Below, one piece after another: positions 29,271 through 32,000 of a DNA stretch of 32,000 nt. The translations under genes and the position numbers were made by a program. This stretch comes from Candidatus Saccharimonadota bacterium (lineage in GTDB: Bacteria; Patescibacteriota; Gracilibacteria; BD1-5; UBA6164): NCBI GenBank assembly GCA_965229705.1, contig OZ245922.1, positions 270,001 through 302,000 on the forward strand, in the 5' to 3' direction. The notes under the pieces are model-generated. The model made no database searches, had not been told where the DNA came from, and saw only the letters and a list, made by a program, of their open reading frames with translations. The first letter of the stretch is position 1; each line of letters opens with the position of its first letter.

Positions 29271-29386
29271 CTAAGGAGACGCTGAAAAATAGAAAAATCT
29301 TATGTAAGAGACCGGTTTCAAGCTCTTGAAATAAGTAACTCGAGACCGGTCTCGAGAAAATAAAAATGACTTTCTCAGAACTTCTC
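29271..29386. repeat. MITE-like repeat, type II long variant, inverted relative to 14250-14363
   Basis: CTGAAAAATAGAAAAATCTTATGTAAGAGACCGGTTTCAAGCTCTTGAAATAAGTAACTCGAGACCGGTCTCGAGAAAATAAAAATGACTTTCTCAGAAC closely matches the reverse complement of 14250-14363. Confidence 0.7.
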
Positions 29387-29435
29387 TCACTCAAAATTTT
29401 TGGCAAAATATCATAAGGTTTTTTGACATAGCTAC

Positions 29436-30470
29436 ATGAAACAAACAATACAATTTCTCGCAACACTTCTGCTATTTTTTGGAATTCTTGCTATTTCTTT
29501 TTGAGATGAGTACTTTGATTTTTATAAAGAGCAGAAACACCAAGAATATACTCCCAACTCTCAAGACTTTGAGACAGAATACATCCAAGATATTTCTGTA
29601 GATAGACTCTGGCATACTCCCGATAAACAGCTGAGAGATATCCTTGCACAAAGAATACGAGATGCTGAGAAAAGAGTCTATATATCAGCATATATTTTTA
29701 CTGAAAAGACTCTGAGAGATGCAGTGATATATACTCACGAGCAGTGAAAAGATGTACAAGTTCTCTTAGAAAATAATCCTTATAGAGCACCATACCTCAA
29801 TGATAAAATATACAATGCTTTTCAAAACGAATGATTACCCGTGCGATGGTCAGACCCACTCAACTATGCTCTCAATCATGCAAAATATATTATCATTGAT
29901 GATAGCGTGTATATTTCTACAGGAAACTTTTCCTACTCATTATTTACAAAAAACAGAGACCTTATTATTGAGACAAGAAATCCTGAAGTATTAGAAGTCC
30001 TTGAAGAAGTATTTCTTGCAGACTTTTCTCATAAAAAACGATTTTTTGCTCATGAAAATCTTGTGATTTCTCCAGAAACATCACGAAAACAACTCACAAA
30101 TCTTGTGCGTTCAGCACAAAATACACTCGATATATATTTTCCTTATGTTGCAGATGATGCGTTTCAATATGAACTTTTTTCTGCGTCTGATAGATGAGTG
30201 AGAGTGAGATTTATCACAGAAAAAGGATTTTATGAAGACGCAGAAAATGTAGTATTATTAGAAGAATTTTACAGAAAGGGGATAGAAGTCTTTCCTATAA
30301 AAAAATATAAACTCCACGTGAAAGCAATTCTTGCAGATGAAGAAGTCTTGTATATTGGGAGTATAAATTTTTCTCGTTATAGCTTTGATGAAAATCGAGA
30401 AATAGGAATACTCCTCAAAGAGCAGGAAATTATTTCTCAATTTCTTGAATTGTATAACAATGACTTGTAA
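29436..30470 (+). CDS. membrane-anchored phospholipase D family protein with two HKD motifs
   Basis: 344 aa. N-terminal TM segment FLATLLLFFGILAISF. HKD-1 is NHAKYIIIDDSVYISTGNFS and HKD-2 is LHVKAILADEEVLYIGSINFS. Confidence 0.8.
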
Positions 30471-30572
30471 ATATATTTTGTATTTTGACAAGTTTTTTTT
30501 CTTTCTTCTAGTGTTCATAGCGCTTTCATTTCGTACAATACGGAGAATATTATTTATTATTATCACGCTGGT

Positions 30573-32000
30573 ATGTTTATACGGATACTTTCGAGTATTA
30601 TTATATTTTTGTTTTTTATCTTTGTTATTTTTTTTACTTTCTTTCAAGAGAGTAGAGATATTGAGAGTATTGATATCTCTTTTCCTTGAGGTGTCTGAGA
30701 AATATATTTGAATGAAGATAAAGGAGCATGGGGGAAGAGCTTTTCTCTTTTTGAGACTCTTTATACCCCGAGCAGAGATACAGAGCTCACAGATTTGTAT
30801 GACGATGCAACAACGAGTATAAAACTTTCTCAGTCGCAGTGAGAGTTTGTGAGTTCACTCAGGGACTTACGAAAAAAGTATTATTTTATCACTGATGGAC
30901 TTATTGCAACACAGTCATGACCAGGAGAAGTATATTTCCGGAGGGAAGAAACAGGAGAAATATTGCTCTTTCCTCTCAATACGAGTCTTGATCTCAAGCT
31001 TGTTTCTTCTCAAGGAGAGACATATACCTCTATGTATCTGTATCCCCATATGTATTTGCGTTTTCATCCTCTGAAGTGAAAATTTCTCAAAAATGCTGAT
31101 AGAGTCCGTATAGAAACAGTTTATGAGTTATGATTTGTTGGAGATATTAGAGATATCGAAGAACTACCCGATCCGAATATACGGCTAGGAGAAAAACTGA
31201 TTCTTCAAAGTAGTTTTCTTCGAGAAGTACAGTCTTATATCCTGCAAGTACAAGACATATCTGAGCAAAAGCTTGCAGATATGTTGGAGGCAAGGATATT
31301 TTCTCTTAGGGGAATGTCTATGATACAAGACTATATGACGATTTTTCTTAATGAAGAAAAGAAGCTCATATATTATCAAAACCAGGCTCTCGCATCTTTT
31401 TTGAAAAGAATACGCTCAGACTCATACGATACTACTCTTATTCTCGCTGGAGAACGAGATGAAAAAATACTAAAAAAATATAGTGACGAATGATACCAGC
31501 AGCTCAAAGAAGTGCAAGATACTCTTCTCGCGCATATCTTTATGAGTCCAGATAAAGATATGATAAACTCAAAGCTCAACTTCCTTGGAGAAGCAACGGC
31601 AAATGGAAAATCATTTTTTCCTCTGTATACCTATAGCCTCTTTAAAACCTATCACAATACAAGTGTTCTTCAGCAGGAGATACTCAAGAAGTATTTTGAT
31701 GCTTTTCAAATATGGAGTCTCGATATGCCACCATTAGCAAGAGACTATTTTCTCTTCTTCCTCGAAGCTCAAATAACTCATCATCTTTCAGGGGAATATA
31801 CTACTGAAAACTTCGACTATATACGACTCCTATTATGAGAATATTTTGAAATATCATCTGAGTTATATGCTCAAGATAAAAAATCACGAATAACAGCGCT
31901 ATTTATCTATGAAACAATACTGAGAGAGGTTTCTCTATATTTGAGGAAAAACTTCTTTGAGGTGAAAAGAGATGGACAAATACTTCTTCTCAGTAGTGAT
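30573..32000 (+). CDS. hypothetical membrane-anchored protein (partial, continues past window end)
   Basis: Frame 0 is open from the PLD stop to the window end, with the first ATG at 30573. N-terminal hydrophobic anchor ILSSIIIFLFFIFVIFFTFF, then more than 450 aa with no motif I recognise. Confidence 0.5.

Noticed and set aside
869-29386. The recurring palindromic repeats might be a CRISPR array.
   Set aside because: The copies are dispersed in separate intergenic regions many kb apart and occur in both orientations. They have no regular spacer periodicity, and no cas genes are present.
30445-30818. A frame-1 ORF (MNCITMTCKYILYFDKFFFF...) overlapping the PLD stop.
   Set aside because: Its composition is driven by T-rich sequence, and it overlaps the 5' part of the better-supported frame-0 gene that stays open to the window end.
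1-32000. The pervasive short, broken ORFs could mean a heavily pseudogenised or low-quality sequence.
   Set aside because: The breaks are almost all TGA, and they coincide with conserved Gly positions. Reading through them gives full-length proteins with intact catalytic motifs that end at TAA or TAG.

Overview
Under the standard code this window looks like wreckage, with only one ORF longer than 160 aa. Reading TGA as glycine (translation table 25) turns it into about 36 tightly packed, mostly full-length genes that end only in TAA or TAG. TGA falls on invariant Gly positions: DnaJ DFYEIL-G and its G/F linker, ZnuC Walker A, EngB G1, and RsmE VGPEGGF. This points to a Candidate Phyla Radiation genome of the Gracilibacteria/Absconditabacteria type. 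All coordinates below are my hand re-annotation under that code. Recognisable genes are tilS, mraY, mtnN, a truncated polA, htpX, three tandem SLH-like secreted paralogs, leuA, a ygjV-like gene, an AI-2E transporter, a zur-znuA-znuC-znuB operon, a sigma-70 factor, tpx, rsmE, engB, dnaN, an HD hydrolase, a truncated priA, dnaJ and a two-HKD phospholipase-D-like protein. Several hypothetical genes fill the remaining coding space. Most longer intergenic spacers carry copies of a modular MITE-like palindromic repeat family with TTAA-type ends, about 9 full or partial copies plus one weaker mini-hairpin. The strongest outlier is the only long standard-code ORF (12792-14231, minus). It is an intact carotenoid-cleavage-oxygenase family gene with no TGA codon at all, it looks more AT-rich than its neighbours, and a repeat copy sits 18 nt upstream of its start codon. 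I read this as a likely recent horizontal acquisition. Other notable points are polA and priA genes truncated at domain boundaries, a Leu-rich leader peptide plus terminator upstream of a leuA that has no other leu genes beside it, a perfect 32-nt direct repeat bracketing a two-gene cassette next to dnaN, and one ORF whose only sensible end is a TGA. I found no rRNA, tRNA or CRISPR array. Family assignments rest on motifs recalled from memory, not on database searches.
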